From positions 28,624,299-28,688,298 of the forward strand of contig NC_134025.1 in NCBI RefSeq assembly GCF_964204645.1: DNA of 64,000 nucleotides, given 5' to 3'. The first letter of the stretch is position 1. The number at the start of each line of letters is the position of its first letter. The DNA is from Tubulanus polymorphus (Eukaryota; Animalia; Nemertea). The position numbers and the translations under genes were made by a program. The notes under the pieces were generated by a model that worked only from the letters and a program-made list of their open reading frames with translations, searched no databases and was not told the DNA's origin. Positions 40,017-54,239 of the stretch are shown here, in pieces.

Positions 40017-43000
40017 CTGAAAATATATAAGAAATAAATATAGCCACGAGGAAAGAACTTTATTTGTACTAAGTGCAAATTTTATTTGAGTATAAGCCGT
40101 AACCACAAGCGAAAACGCTTGGATTATTTAGCTCGTTTAACACCTGAAAATGCCATAAAGCCAGCTGAGTTCCTGAGAAGTATATGAAAAAAGTGCATGG
40201 TTTAAGCCAGTGGACAGAAATATGTTTCCATGTTTCCATGTTTCCTTGCCTCGTGCGCGTTGCACTATACGGGGCGATATGAATATCGAATGCTTATATG
40301 ATTTCAAAGTTTCTAGAATCAACTTCAGTGATTTCTATATACATCAGAAAATACGCAACACGGGTTTATATCTTTATGTTACTATTATTGGTATAAAATC
40401 GTTGTGATTATACGCCTTCGGTGGAATTGATGACGATAATTTACAGTGGACAGAACCCGAGTGTTTTGTTCTAGTTTCAGTAGCAATAACAAGCATCGCT
40501 AAATTCTCGATGGATGGTTTCTCAGTTTAACCACGACTTGTTTGACCCGCCAGACCACGAGGGTAATTTGCTCAAATTTCACGCTTCACCGGAGTCAAAG
40601 AGAGTATTCTCGTGAGAGAAGCGACACATTCGCATGTTGTTTTTGTACCACCTGATCGGTCAGGATGAGCCTTAGAGAACGAACGTTTCACTCACACAAA
40701 AGCAGAAAAGTTAGTTCGTTTAATTGTGTGTGTGGGCCCCGACAAAATCGTTCTAACCCGCACGAAAAAGATGTTCTTACTGATGTCGGTGATATATTTA
40801 GCTCACGATCGAAAACATTCGGCGCTGGGTTTTATCGACTGAGTGCAATATACATAATCACACCCAATAAACGACGATGTATTTTATATCACGTTTTAAT
40901 GTCTGCGAATGGAGAAATAATGTTTACTGGTGACTAATGCAGATACATCAACTCGTGTTGTTATCGGAATGTTATATCGTAATTGCGTGCTAAGCTACGA
41001 TACATACAGTCAAAAATTACAATTATTCTTTCGGCAATTTATCATCGCGACTCGTGGTTAGACTAAGCCACACGAGAGCATCAGATAAATGGAAAGAAAG
41101 GCTAGTAAATGAACAAAACACAGTATAAGAGAAAAATTGGTGAGGGGGAGGGGAAGGGGAGATACAGATAACGGAGGGGGAGGATAGATAACCTTTTCCG
41201 TCCACAGGTCACGAAAGATTTGTTTTTCTTTAGTAATTAAATAAGTTTTATTTGTTTTGTCAGATTTACCGATGAACCCGAATTAACGATATGTAGTTGT
41301 TGTACAATATTTACATATCTTATATATACAGCTGCTTGTTCTGTGCTGCAACAGTGATTTGTTGTTATTATGCAGTCCTGACAATGCTTACACGCGTAAC
41401 CGCTATTCTTAGTCATTATCAGTGATTTTCTGGTTATATCCAGAGCTTCTGGACGCATTAACCTTTCCATACGTTAACGAAGGAGAGAATGAGATGGGAA
41501 AGAATTGATTTCGAGAAACAATAGTTGATCCGATGGAAGCCTTATTTTGAATGGCTTATCGGCTCTACTGTGTATAGCAGATGGCAGTCTTTCAATATTG
41601 CATCTATCGGCTGACAGAAATCAAATTGAAATTTTTAAAGTGAATGTCTGATTTCATCGACATTCACTGGTTAGTATTCACTAATGCTTGGTCACCATGT
41701 ACATCAAACGAAGAAGTTGTAAGTATAATTCCATCAGAGCTGATACGTCTATTTGATTTGCTAGCTGTAACTGACAATTCGGACAGTTCGATTCCTTTCT
41801 TATTTTATCATGACTGGATCTTACTCCGGCCGCGTCCATAATCTATTTTGGCCAAGTGATCGATAATAAAAAAACGAACTTTTACGATTCCCTAAAATAC
41901 GATCCCAGACCATTTCGATACAGGATAACTATAGATTCACCGAATAGAATGCGCAATATATGATTTGCAATTTACGATTATTGATTAGTCCCTGGAGTTT
42001 TGTGACGTCATCGACAACTTAATGAAATGTAAGGTATGGAAATTTTATGGCATTTGTGAAATAATAGCGAAAATTCCCAGCGGGACGGGTCGATGATTGT
42101 TAAAAGAAAATGAACGGAAATATGCACGTGACATGAACGACACTCGAGGGATATTAAGCATGCCGATACGACAGTACGTACACGATAGGTAATTTGTTCG
42201 ACTTTATTACGACAAGGATATTCATCAAAATGTATCATAAAACGTCGATGCCTGGTATTGACGAATATAGAATTCGGATGAAATGTCGAAGTTTGAATAA
42301 AGTATTGGCAGAAATGGTTAAGAAATTGAAGTCGATGCGGCTTAAAAATCTCAACCACATCAATACAATTTCTCACTACGTATTGTCGTAAGATTTTGAA
42401 AATCTGTATACATTTATTTTGAAAGTGACTTATTTTAATGAAAATGAAAGAAAAAATAGTGAGTTGAAATTCTTTATCTACCTTAATATACGGTAAAAAT
42501 CCACGAGAAAAAACGAACCTGAAAGGTTTCCTAAAGCTATAGTTTATTTCGACATTAATCGACTATATCCTATAGTTATCGTCAGGAATACTTAGAAATC
42601 TAAATTGTAAATTTACCTTTTTAACACAATGTTTGATGAGTTCTTTCCATTTCGTGTTCTATCACAGTAACTAACATCTATCTACAAATCAGCGCAGAGG
42701 CGGTATTTTTGCGCGTAATTTTTTTATGTAAATTCCTCTTAACTAACATCGAGACGCTGAATGCATTTCCCGCAGAGAAGAAGAACTTTTAGAAGATCGT
42801 TCGACTCTTGCCGTGTAGAAAAACATTTGTGCTCGGACTGCTGAGTCGGTGGAGTGCTACTGTCATTTACCGTATCGTAAAACGAATAACTCCGCTTCTT
42901 GCGTAGCATTCACCGAAGTGTTGCTTCACGGAAAAAACCCTAGCGTTATCTAAATGTATGTATCACAGACGCGAATACAATAAGAAAACCCAATTTTCCA

Positions 43001-43091
43001 GAAGAGAATGGAATATATAGGAAACACCGACATGTTTGAGAAAATCCTATTCTAGGTTGCTGAAGTTACTTTTCTTTTTATATTAGACTTC

Positions 43092-43382
<291 letters not shown>

Positions 43383-43739
43383 GTCCACGCCTACGTGTCA
43401 TTTTTCATCTGCTAAACGAAGTGTATATATATAGTGGATGCTTTGTGCGGACGAAGCGCTCGGTGACAGATTGGCAAAACACTGGCAAAAACATACACCT
43501 GGTGCATAAGTGTATTTTCATTGCTTTTAATTTTTGCGGTATGCCATTTATTCAAATGATAAGAAGATTGAAAAGTCTATCAGACCAATGGTTAAAAATA
43601 ATGAATAGCAGAGTATTTGTGTTTAATAATTGCTGTGAATCATTGTTATCTTTTCTTAAACCATTATTTAGTCTAACCACGGTCACGTCCCGTCTCCATT
43701 TGTTGCTTATCTTAAAACCTTAAAAATTTCTAAACGATC

Positions 43740-43746
43740 TATAAAA
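43740..43746 (+). promoter_or_regulatory. TATA box of the Cys-rich secreted protein gene
   Basis: TATAAAA about 90 bp upstream of ATG 43832. Confidence 0.5.
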
Positions 43747-43831
43747 GGAATAGGTAGTTTGGTGACGTGTGGTATTGAGTTGTCGCTCGTTTTCTGCCAA
43801 CCTGAATATTTCTACTCGTGAATACCGAATA

Positions 43832-44875
43832 ATGAAGTTACTGGTATCGGCGTTGTGTTTACTGGTTGTTTTACATTTTGGTAAGTATACATTTACGATT
43901 AAAATAAAAAAAGAGCTTATTTAGAATCAATCAACGAAATATTCTGGTTCAATGAACGTGTGTCATATACATTCTAACACGTTTAGTAACACGCAACCGA
44001 AATAATGAAGGGGAAAATTTTAATCTTCAGTGAAGAATAATGAATACAACTGAATGAATGAGTCAAAAAGCCAGTTCATAGCCTTGGAGCCATTTACTAT
44101 TTAGTTTAGAGCCTTTAACTATTGTGCGCCATTTCTTAGGAATAAGTCACTACGTACCGTTTACATTTTTCAGCTTCTTCCAAAAAACCATGCAGTGGAA
44201 AATATCCGTGTGAGTATTAGTATTAAACTATGGACGAATTAGAGGTTTTATACGTGCTTTTAGCGGTAATAGTTCTTGAAGCAGTTTGTTAAACTGTGTT
44301 GGTTAATTACAGGCATCTGTCCTTCAAACGTGCCGATATATCAATGTCTAATAGATCCGTGTGATGTTGTTACATGTCCCGGTTATCCAAATGCAGTGTG
44401 TCGGTAAGTTCTGTAATGATCTCGAACATTCATTCATTTTCCGGGTAATCTATAGAAGAAGAGTCTTAATTTCTAGATCTAACTTTTGCGGTGGCTGCAA
44501 CTATAACTTTTATTTGGGCAAAGGAAACAGAGATGTCACCGATCTGTGTAAGTGCTATTAGGGATGAACTGATCTTTTGACGTGTGCTTTGATGAAGATT
44601 TCGAAAGATTTTATGAAAACATTTTTTAAAGGCGGGTGTCCTCCTGGCGTGCCACAAGTGAAATGCTTCGCAGACCCTTGTGAGGGTAAAACATGCCCAA
44701 ATTTTCCAGATGCACAGTGTGTGTAAGTTTTGCCACAGCGGTATGAAATATTCAACATTATGCTTTTACGACAGGAAATAGAAAAATATTTGTATTTGAT
44801 TTTAGCGCCAACTATTGCGGCGGTTGTAACTATGAATTCTACTTGGGTCAAAAAGACGTAACGAAACGGTGTTAA
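43832..44875 (+). CDS. Small secreted cysteine-rich protein, 135 aa, with two tandem 8-Cys DPC...NYCGGC modules; 6 exons
   Basis: Exons 43832-43880, 44174-44209, 44313-44403, 44477-44547, 44632-44722, 44806-44875 (408 nt, all GT-AG, in frame): MKLLVSALCLLVVLHFASSKKPCSGKYPCICPSNVPIYQCLIDPCDVVTCPGYPNAVCRSNFCGGCNYNFYLGKGNRDVTDLCGCPPGVPQVKCFADPCEGKTCPNFPDAQCVANYCGGCNYEFYLGQKDVTKRC*. Confidence 0.93.
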
Positions 44876-45899
44876 TGATGCAACGAATCCTTACGACGGA
44901 TACAGCGATCCGTTTATGAGACAATAGAATACTTAATACTCAGATAAACATACATCTGGGTTCAAATTAAAAGTCTAATTTTGAAATGTACGCGTTCTTT
45001 TTTTATCATGATATTACGTTAGATGGCGGCTTCGTCGGCAAAGAACAAGTCGAGGTTAGAATTGCTGAAAACGAAAAACGACTGCTAAGTTTTCACCAGA
45101 AAAATAATGCTTTATTGTTCCCATATAAACAATGCTTTCACAGACAAGCAATCAACAGAGTTACAAAAATAGTTATCAGTTCAATGACATGAGTCTAACA
45201 ACAATCATTAATAACTTATTCATATCACTATACATACAAAAATGAGGACATCATTTTTGTCCAGTTTTGATAATATCAGCAAATCCTAAAATATATCAAT
45301 CATAAACACGACTGTACAATAGACACGGAGTTCAGTATCATTAGATAGAATCTGTAGCATATTGCGCCGAGATTTAACTCAAAGATCGCGTGTATTCCTG
45401 GCGAAAATGAATACTTCATTCAATGTCGTATGGATACAACGTGAGAATTAGAAATTTAAAAAATAACAAGTGCTTTTTTAATGAAAATAGAAAATATTGT
45501 GAAAAATTCAAATGATGATGATGATATAAAGGTATGTAGAAGATTGATAAAAAAAATTTAGGTGCATCTCGAACATGTCATGGATTGAGTTTTATGTTGC
45601 TGTTCATACCTGTGGATTTGACTGAGGATTCACGGTGCAGTCACCACAGAAGCAATGTATGTACATACATGAAATATAGCACCGAGCCAGGACTTCCGTC
45701 AAAAACTACATTTAATTGATGAAAATTATATAATAATGTGCGTCATTAGACATCGAAATTCATCATATAAACACGATAACACAATAAATGTGTAACAACG
45801 AACCACTCATTGAATAGATTTGCTCCACACGTTTTGTATGATCAAAATACAGAACCCATTATTTTCCTCTTAAAACCTTTCGGTTACGCCGGGTCTCAC

Positions 45900-45944
45900 C
45901 ATGGACGTATAAACTAGACGTAGAAACTAGTTTATACGTCCATG
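45900..45944. mobile_element. 45-bp minimal non-autonomous TIR element (P/Galileo-like) with 7-bp TSD
   Basis: Perfect 18-bp TIR CATGGACGTATAAACTAG, 9-bp spacer, flanked by the direct repeat GTCTCAC (45893-45899 and 45945-45951). Confidence 0.8.
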
Positions 45945-46290
45945 GTCTCACCTTGAAGACCTGTACAATTTACTAAAAAGCCGCGATAAAACGCGCGTTC
46001 TAAACCTTCGTCGCGGCTTATATACGTGCAACGTGTTCCTCTTTTTTACGAATATATTTCGGTCACAAATGATTTGCGTAATTGTACTGCATTTTACACT
46101 ATTCATCATGTTCTCACACTAGAAATCACACTTAGATCGGGTGTGGTATTAACAATAATTGACAGCAGAAACCACGTTTTAGCAGACATAATGAATATGT
46201 TCAAAGGTGGGTAGATGAATTATACGTATTTATACACACCGGTTATGCATATTTAGGGGTAATAATAATAACTTACACCATCACCACATC

Positions 46291-46532
<242 letters not shown>

Positions 46533-47077
46533 ATAAACAAGATGTAATGATTAAACAAGATGAAATTTCACACCACGAAGGAACTATCAGTCTGTAAAGT
46601 TATCTCGAGTTAATACCTTATTCTATTCCTGAAGGTGACTATTCTATTAGGATTTATTCGATAATAACTCGAGGAAGCTTTTCGGACTCGTTTTTCGTTT
46701 GTATCGTAGGATTTTGAGAACGTAATTAAAACACTTCGATGACTTGCCGAAATACGTAAATAGTTTGAATGGCGACATCAGAAGATGGTGGGCCGATGTT
46801 TTGTTTCAGATGATGTCGTATCAGCGCCGCACAGATAGACGAGTGATCATATTGTCTTACTGCGTGGTAGTTTCAGAAGATATTTTTACTATCGCTCTCG
46901 CCTCAAAACAGCAATTATAGAATGTCATCAGAGAATTAACAGCCTTTTGATGAGATCTTTGATTAAAAAGTTTTTGATCATTTCATGAAGAATCGTTTGC
47001 CCGTCTGATTCAAATGGATGCAAAGCTGAAGGACGTTTTGTCATTTTGTTTACGATCAGAATCGTTGTCGGCGTGTC

Positions 47078-50000
47078 TCAGGTATAACGAAGAGGATGCC
47101 ACATGGCAATAGCTTTTCTATGATTACTTATCATATCTAACCAATGTTTCTCTCCGATCCCCTCGACATCGCGAGCCACGTTACAGTGACCAACGGCATC
47201 GTTATGACCCAGCAAATCGTAATCTAAAACGGTGATCTCCAGCGCTACTTTTTGCAACATTTCTGCCGGAATATTGAAGACGAGGGCTTCATTCCATACC
47301 GGGTTGGTCGTTCCTTTCCGCACGGCCGTTTTCTTCTTCTTCACGCGTTTGCCATCAACGATCAGCGAGACTCGCACGTACGGATCTGAATTGAATTGAT
47401 AAACACACGTCTATAATACATGTATTTTTTTTTAGGAAAAAATCGCCTTCTAAACACCAGAAACTTTCGACGATACATCATATAATCGACAATATATAAT
47501 TAAGCACATTTCGCCCGTGGTCTCAATGCTATTCCCTCCCTTCTGAGTAAAGTCGCTAGTTCTATGAAAATGGAAGTTGAAATTACAGTAATCGGAACCC
47601 GGAGGCACGGCTGATGGTATCCGGCGAACCTGCCGTGTGATTCCGTAAATTGAATCCGCCAAATCGCGGAAGGAATACCGACATAAGTGTACCGTTATAC
47701 AATTTCAAGGTTTCGTCATCAAGGGCGCCTTCTCAGATTGCTGAAGATCGGCTCATCAACATTCCATACAGAAAAGGAAGATTCCAGTGAACTACACTTA
47801 CCCGAAGATCCAGATTCTGAGGTCACGCGAAGATTTTGAGCTTTCATGATTACAACAGTCAGTCGCTCAGCGGATGGTAGATAGCTCAATGAGACCAGTA
47901 ATTCACCGAGAGGACTTTCAGTCTAAAATATATAGAATGATATTACGTTAAAATCAAATGCCATCGATGTACAAAACGTGTGATTTTTCCACCAGAAAAA
48001 ACTTTCAATTAACGGTTTTACAACTCTTTTTGTCACTAATTGTGTGTAATGATGCTTGGGAGTATATGTAGTGCTTGGGAAACCAAGACCCAAGCGACTT
48101 TAAGACAAACAAACAATAATGGGCGGTTAACGGACTCATTGTCGATTCTTTGCGCTATTCTACGGTGACGTCATTCGTAGCATATAAGCTAAGCGAAAAC
48201 GTCTCGAGCTTTTGGGGGAATTTTTCAGGCTAGTGTTCTATATAAAAAATCGTGATCTGTTGTAACCTCAAGTATTAAACTCTAATATCCTAGAATAAAT
48301 TGCGTACAAAACAATCCTTTATAGTTATTCACACGCAGTAATAAATCCACAAAATAAACACACATTACATCGCTCTGACGTCAGATGGCCGGATATTTTC
48401 CGGCTGTCTTTATTCTATGGTGTCTCGTGTCGGAAAACGATGTAATCGGAAAGTTTTGACGATAGCTCAAGGGTTTTTATAAATTAGATTTTCGGAGTTT
48501 GTTTTATGTGAATTGTCTTATGTAGGCTACCGGGTAGATGAGGGTATATATTTCTAACGTCCTTCCTTACGGCCAGAATCCGGCTAATTATGAAAGAGTT
48601 TTTCATCTCACCACCAGAATGACATTAATTATTTATTAGTACCTATCGGATGATAATTTCCGACCTCGTAGGAATCGAAAGCCAGTGGAATTACGACAGG
48701 AAGGACAACGGACGGAAATCAACCTGTCGCATACGTAAACATCGAACGAAAGCGGATACCACCAGATACAAGATATCAACAGACAATCATTTCCCGTTAG
48801 TTATAAAAAAGAATAGATAAATACAAATACAATCATAGATGATAAAGAGATGATCGCATTTATATCACCAGCATTTATCAGAAATTACATTCGAGCGCCA
48901 AATCGTCGACCGAATTTTCTCCTAAGGCTTCGCCATTCTGAACTTGATCCCAAACAATGGGCTAATATCTGTTTGGTTGCGGGTTTATCTGTGGCGGCCA
49001 CTGTAAGGGGTCTTCGAGCGCACGGGAAGAGGGAAGATCATCCATACGACGTTTCCATGTCAACTGTGACGTGTGTAGTTCACACCGAGTATTCAACAAG
49101 ATTACCCGATTCACGAGGACATTATTAAAAGAAAGGGACTTCAGGAAGATAGAAGTAGAACCATGAAAGATTCGGTGAAATGAATTTAAATTTTCACCAA
49201 TATCTAGTAGAATTACGTATGCGCACGGTAACCACTAAGCCACTGATGATATTAAACACCGCTCAGATAAATACCCTCCCAGTAGTGAGAATAAGTCTTC
49301 CAGTAGACGACTCAGTTTAAGCCGCAGGTGATATTAAAGTACCCTGTAGGTTTAATGGTAAGTTCGTTATAGATAAGTAGTGCGTGGCTCTTATCAGCAA
49401 CCGAATTAGATGTTGATCACATCAGCTCGCGGAATCTGACACCTCGTTAAAGCTACGGTTATCAATGTACGACAAATTGACAATTTCAGCCATATTCGAG
49501 CGCAAAGGAGATTCTATCGTGAGAATTCTTGGATGACTAGTGTGATTGGTTATTTAAGTATTCCCACTGTTCTAATGCCGTGCATCGGTATAAATTGAGG
49601 CGCTGCGTGTTCGAAAATTATGTCGCAGAATTTTGCTGTCGTCAGATGAAGACGAATGCTTACCTGTTGATACTGTTGAATATCACTCCAGACCTCGATG
49701 CTTGTGCTGATATCAACTGACTTCAAATCCAGTGTGACCTGACCTATGCCCTCGTGGCGAGAAAAACGATCGAAATTGTTCACATGAAAAACTAACTGTC
49801 TCTCTTTCACTTCCTCGTAAGTTATCGGAAACTTGAAATATTCGTCGAAAACCGGATGACAGGTTTTCCGTTTGACGGATGATTGTCGAGGTTTCGAATC
49901 GACTTGCGGCTGTAGGGCGATCTTTACGTAAGGGTCGCTGAATCCAGTCGTTAAATCTACTGACGGTAAATCTTGAGCTGAAAAACAACAAAAAAACCGT

Positions 50001-53000
50001 CCTCAACAACATAGCGTAAACCGCGGTGAAAATGTAAAAGCAGGATGCGCGTGCTGCTGCCCTTTAATGGCTTTTGAAGACAGGTTTTGTAAAGACGTAA
50101 TTTAAACATACACTTGCTTTCCATAAGAAGGCAGGGAAAACATCCGGACAATAATTAGTTCATTGACATTCAGTGAATATGCGACTGGATAGTTCATTAG
50201 TAGCGAAATCTCTACCGGGAACACATAGAAAATACAAATCTCTCTCTTGTACAGAAAAAAATTTCGTAGCGCGTTCCCTTGATTAAACTGACTAATCATA
50301 TTGAATTTTTTGTAAGTTCTCCTTCGAATCGTAGTTCATCGGGAGGTTTTTTGTCATATTCGCCGGAAATATTACAACCAATCCGATTAGATTTGTCCTT
50401 GACATTTAAGTCTTAATCTTTCAACGAGGTCGAAAAGCTTTCTCATTTTGTAATTCCGCGTTATCGGCTTTCTTTTGAACTGTCCCTTTTTTATCGCTTA
50501 AGTCATCGCGAACTTAGTGTCATTCAACCTAAAACTTGATTACGATGCTAAATCTAGCGCCTGTTTCTAAGAATCAAACAAAAAGTACGGTTTCAGAAGA
50601 TTATGAAAGTCACGTCAACTACGACCTCTCGGAACGTTTATCACATCCTGAATCCCTTTAATACGATGATGCATTTGCACTTTTGTCGCGCACGTTATAT
50701 AGTCTTACAAAATCACGGCAAAAATTAGCTGAAATTTCGGAAGACTTACGAATTTAGTTTGAGTTTTTGCGTACGAAGTGCGGGGGCCTAATACAATTTC
50801 AGAATTCCTATATTACGAAGCTTACACGACTGGTTCGATCGAGTAAAGTTGCAGAGCGTGCAGATGAACAGGAAATGTCAAACGTATTGTATTTCAAGGG
50901 TGTGGTGACACAACATTCAAAACTAGAGCGGGATAAAACAGCGCTGATAGAAAACCTCTTTGTCATAGAAACAATAATGACATTATGAATTCGACGTCAT
51001 ATGTAAAATAATCTTATTTTCTTGAATATTTATCATAAAAGTGAAATACATGATCTACACCTCGCAAAATTGGGCCACCAATCTGGTAATGTTTCGCGTA
51101 TTTGTTACTGTTTGACATCAAAGGCGTGGAATCCGATAAGATGTTCGAAACGTGTGGAACTCTTAATTACTTCAAGCAGTCATCTCAACTGACCATTTTT
51201 AACATCTTATTTATTATATCCTTACCTTCAATAAGATGTACCACTAGATCGGATGTTTTGAACTCGTATTTCAATCTGACATGTAAACGACCGAGTCTTT
51301 TGACGCTGTCACCGGATTCCTGGCGTAACACGGCGTCTTTCTTCTGGTACAAATCTGGCTGTATCGTTCCTGTACAGAGAAAGTGAACATATCATGTAAC
51401 AAAAAGAATAAATCGGTCATAGATAGAGAGAAAATGAATCAATTGATTTTTTCATCGAAATATTTTCATGGGGTAAAATGTGGTAAAATTGAAGTAAGTG
51501 AAGGAAGTAAGTAAATTCTCAAATATCTTAATATAAGTATGAATATCGGTAGATGATACATCACAAATTCAATCGAAAATTTACATTATTTAGAGGCTTA
51601 AGTGCTTTTTCTTTCGGGGATGAATAACCTACCAAGGGGTACGTCAAACCCGGAACTATTCAGACTGCTATTACTACACGCTCCAATACTGATATTATCA
51701 TCAACTGGAGACTCAGGGACTTTCATGCGTTCCCTTTGTATTGTCGGTATCGGGCTCGGAGTCGTGCGAGGCTGGACCGGCAGGTGCTCTTTAGAAATCT
51801 GCAGTTCCTGCAATGAAATTCACAGCAAATTTCTTATGAGCTGTAGGTGATGATTCACGTACCCGATATGGGTGGAGTTGTCGGTTTTATGTAGGTTTAG
51901 ACTTTCTCCATAAATAAATCCCATTTATATGTTTTCCATATTTGCCTGTCATCTAAGACCAATACTCACTTATTCAGAATAATCATTGGAAGAGAAATAT
52001 AACTGTTTTATTTTGGCTTTAGGTTTCATCAGTTAATTTGAACGGGTATATATCACTATAGTTCAGGGAAACGCCTATTTATACCAGGTATTCCCGTATA
52101 CCACCCATGTACGTGTTTATATGATTATCATTCGCAAGAAGTGAATTACATCTTATCACCAAATTCTAATTTGGCTAGTTTCACTGGACTAGTTTCAGCC
52201 GAGAAAAATAAGTTGTCCGATGAGTGAATTAAGGTAATGATATATCGGTGTACGATGGATCTACAAATAATCAGTGATAATGGAGTCGCAACTGTGTGAT
52301 AGAAGTTGACAGTCGGAATAACCATTACGTGAAGACTATAACGTGTCTAATAATAACTAGTTTGTTTTTTCGAAGTTGCTTTTTCGAAAATAGACAGTGC
52401 AACTGCTATCATCAGACTGTCAGAGCAACCCGGTGAAACATAAAATCAAGCTCATTTAATACTGGTAATTACCTCAAACAACACAGGCGTCGTTTTCCGA
52501 GCGCGACCTGTCCCCGTTTCTAACGATTTACTCCTATTTTTCCTCCACGGATGAAGGACCTGTAGTTGATTGCTACTCATTGTCGACGGATTTGTCACAA
52601 ATTTTTCGAAAATGAAAATTTACATCAAAATATTTTCAATGTATTTTAAACGGTCGAAGGCAAACATTTACTAATTCCATGATAGATACGATCGTCTATC
52701 AGTTCATATTGCGCACGAACATATTGTTAATCCGCTGCAATTTGTAATTCAGTTCCTATATGTTAGAGAGAAGTAACAGTCACAGAACGGGAAGATCACA
52801 CAGGTACTTGCGAATCGCTTCGCGTTCGGCTATTACACTCTATGCGTATATCGTTAGTTTGGTAGTTAGCGTCGATATATTGATGTATTTCTGGTTTGCA
52901 CAAAAAAATGATTTCCAACCCAACCCATAGTGTCACATTACCTTAGCTTCATCATACAGAACCACAACGGGTTTACACAGATACAGTGAAGCATCTAATA

Positions 53001-53727
53001 GATTTCCACCCTCTGGGGGCCTAGAGGTCATTAGTTTCAGCTTTAATTGCCGTCACGAACATATTCAAGTATGTGACCATTATAGAGTGGTCAGTACGCC
53101 GTCAGTACACTCGATACTTCTCGATTTTCGAGATGGATTAGATTTTAACAAGTATTAAAATTATGCGCAGATGGACCTTGAAAACGTACAAATTGAAGGA
53201 GTATCTGAACTATTTAAAAGATTTTTTTTTACATTTAAGACTTTAAAAATGTGATTACTAATGATATCAGAAGCAATACGAAATATACAGGAAAATGATT
53301 CATCAGTTTTTTTCCTCGTGTTTACGCTTCGAGGGATGTATTGACTTTTACGTACAAACGAACGTTATTTTCCTTTAATCATTTTTATCATCAAATAAAA
53401 CTAACATTTCCGGTTATATTTACGCGACATCTAGCGATAAAGATATACACTAAACCTAGGAAATGTCCATTCAATCGTCTGGAAAAGTAAGCTGGTCTAC
53501 GATGTTCAATTATACAGATTGATGCTCACCTGCCCCGATGAGCCAAGATACACGTAGGTGTGTGCCGGTAAAAATTGTCCTGTTCCATCTTCGCTGACAT
53601 CCGAATTTGATGGATTTCTGTCTTTTTGTCTGCTGATTACATATCGACACGCCAGTAAACACACGACTGCTAAAATACCACCAACCAGTCCACAAACAAT
53701 GCCCAAGCTAACAGTTGTTAGCATCAT
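47078..53727 (-). CDS. Sytalpha: Synaptotagmin, synaptotagmin-alpha-like (TM + C2A + C2B), ~419 aa, 6 coding exons
   Basis: Exons 53530-53727, 51633-51807, 51226-51369, 49664-49977, 47802-47922, 47078-47385, in frame. N-terminal TM; LGTIQPDLY; GRLHVRLKYEFKTSDLVVHLIEA..GFSDPYVKIALQPQVDSKPRQ and GELLVSLSYLPSAERLTVV closely resemble Drosophila Syt-alpha as recalled. The start could lie in an upstream exon (acceptor at 53735). Confidence 0.9.
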
Positions 53728-54239
53728 GCATTCGCTACAAGAGAAAAAAATATATATATATATTTAGCGGAAACTGAACACAAAAATTCTTAACCAAATA
53801 ATGTATTTTGTATTCATTCATTCTGACTTGGAGGTTGATGATAATCGCGTAGAAAAATAGCATTGCTTGATATTGTCATCGGGGATCTGATCTAATGGAT
53901 ACCGCAGATCTTGACGACCTTACTTCAAATAAGATTACTTCTACATGTATAATCTAAAAGTCGATCTACTGTACTGTATGTACTGTACAGCGATCTTTTG
54001 CAAGCGTTGCATGTCTTGAATCTTATGGGCGATTTAATAGATCATTTTAGTTTTCTCTCACCCGAACATGATGGAATTTAGATAGCTCATCGAAAGAAGG
54101 CCTACTCCGACATTTATTTAGATTTACACAAAACTGTACAAACAAATCATATCGTTCTCAATTCTACTATTTGCTTAGTTCGGTTGATTTTTTCTTCTAA
54201 AAAAAATCTGCGTTTATTTCATTGCAAGGAAGACCCCCG

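Noticed and set aside
40017-40106. N-terminal 30 aa of the 176-aa track ORF
   Set aside because: It starts at GTG and runs through a pyrimidine-rich tract and AG acceptor, so it is intronic; the likely start is ATG 40016.
41237-41470. Gypsy gag start (MERLMRPEALDI)
   Set aside because: The resemblance is limited to about 12 residues, with no LTR, PBS or continuing gag similarity.
47592-47645. HDV-like ribozyme or pseudoknot in the last Syt intron (CCGGA/TCCGG, GCACGGC/GCCGTGT)
   Set aside because: P3, P1.1 and P4 elements are lacking and it is antisense to the host gene; two short helices are not enough evidence.
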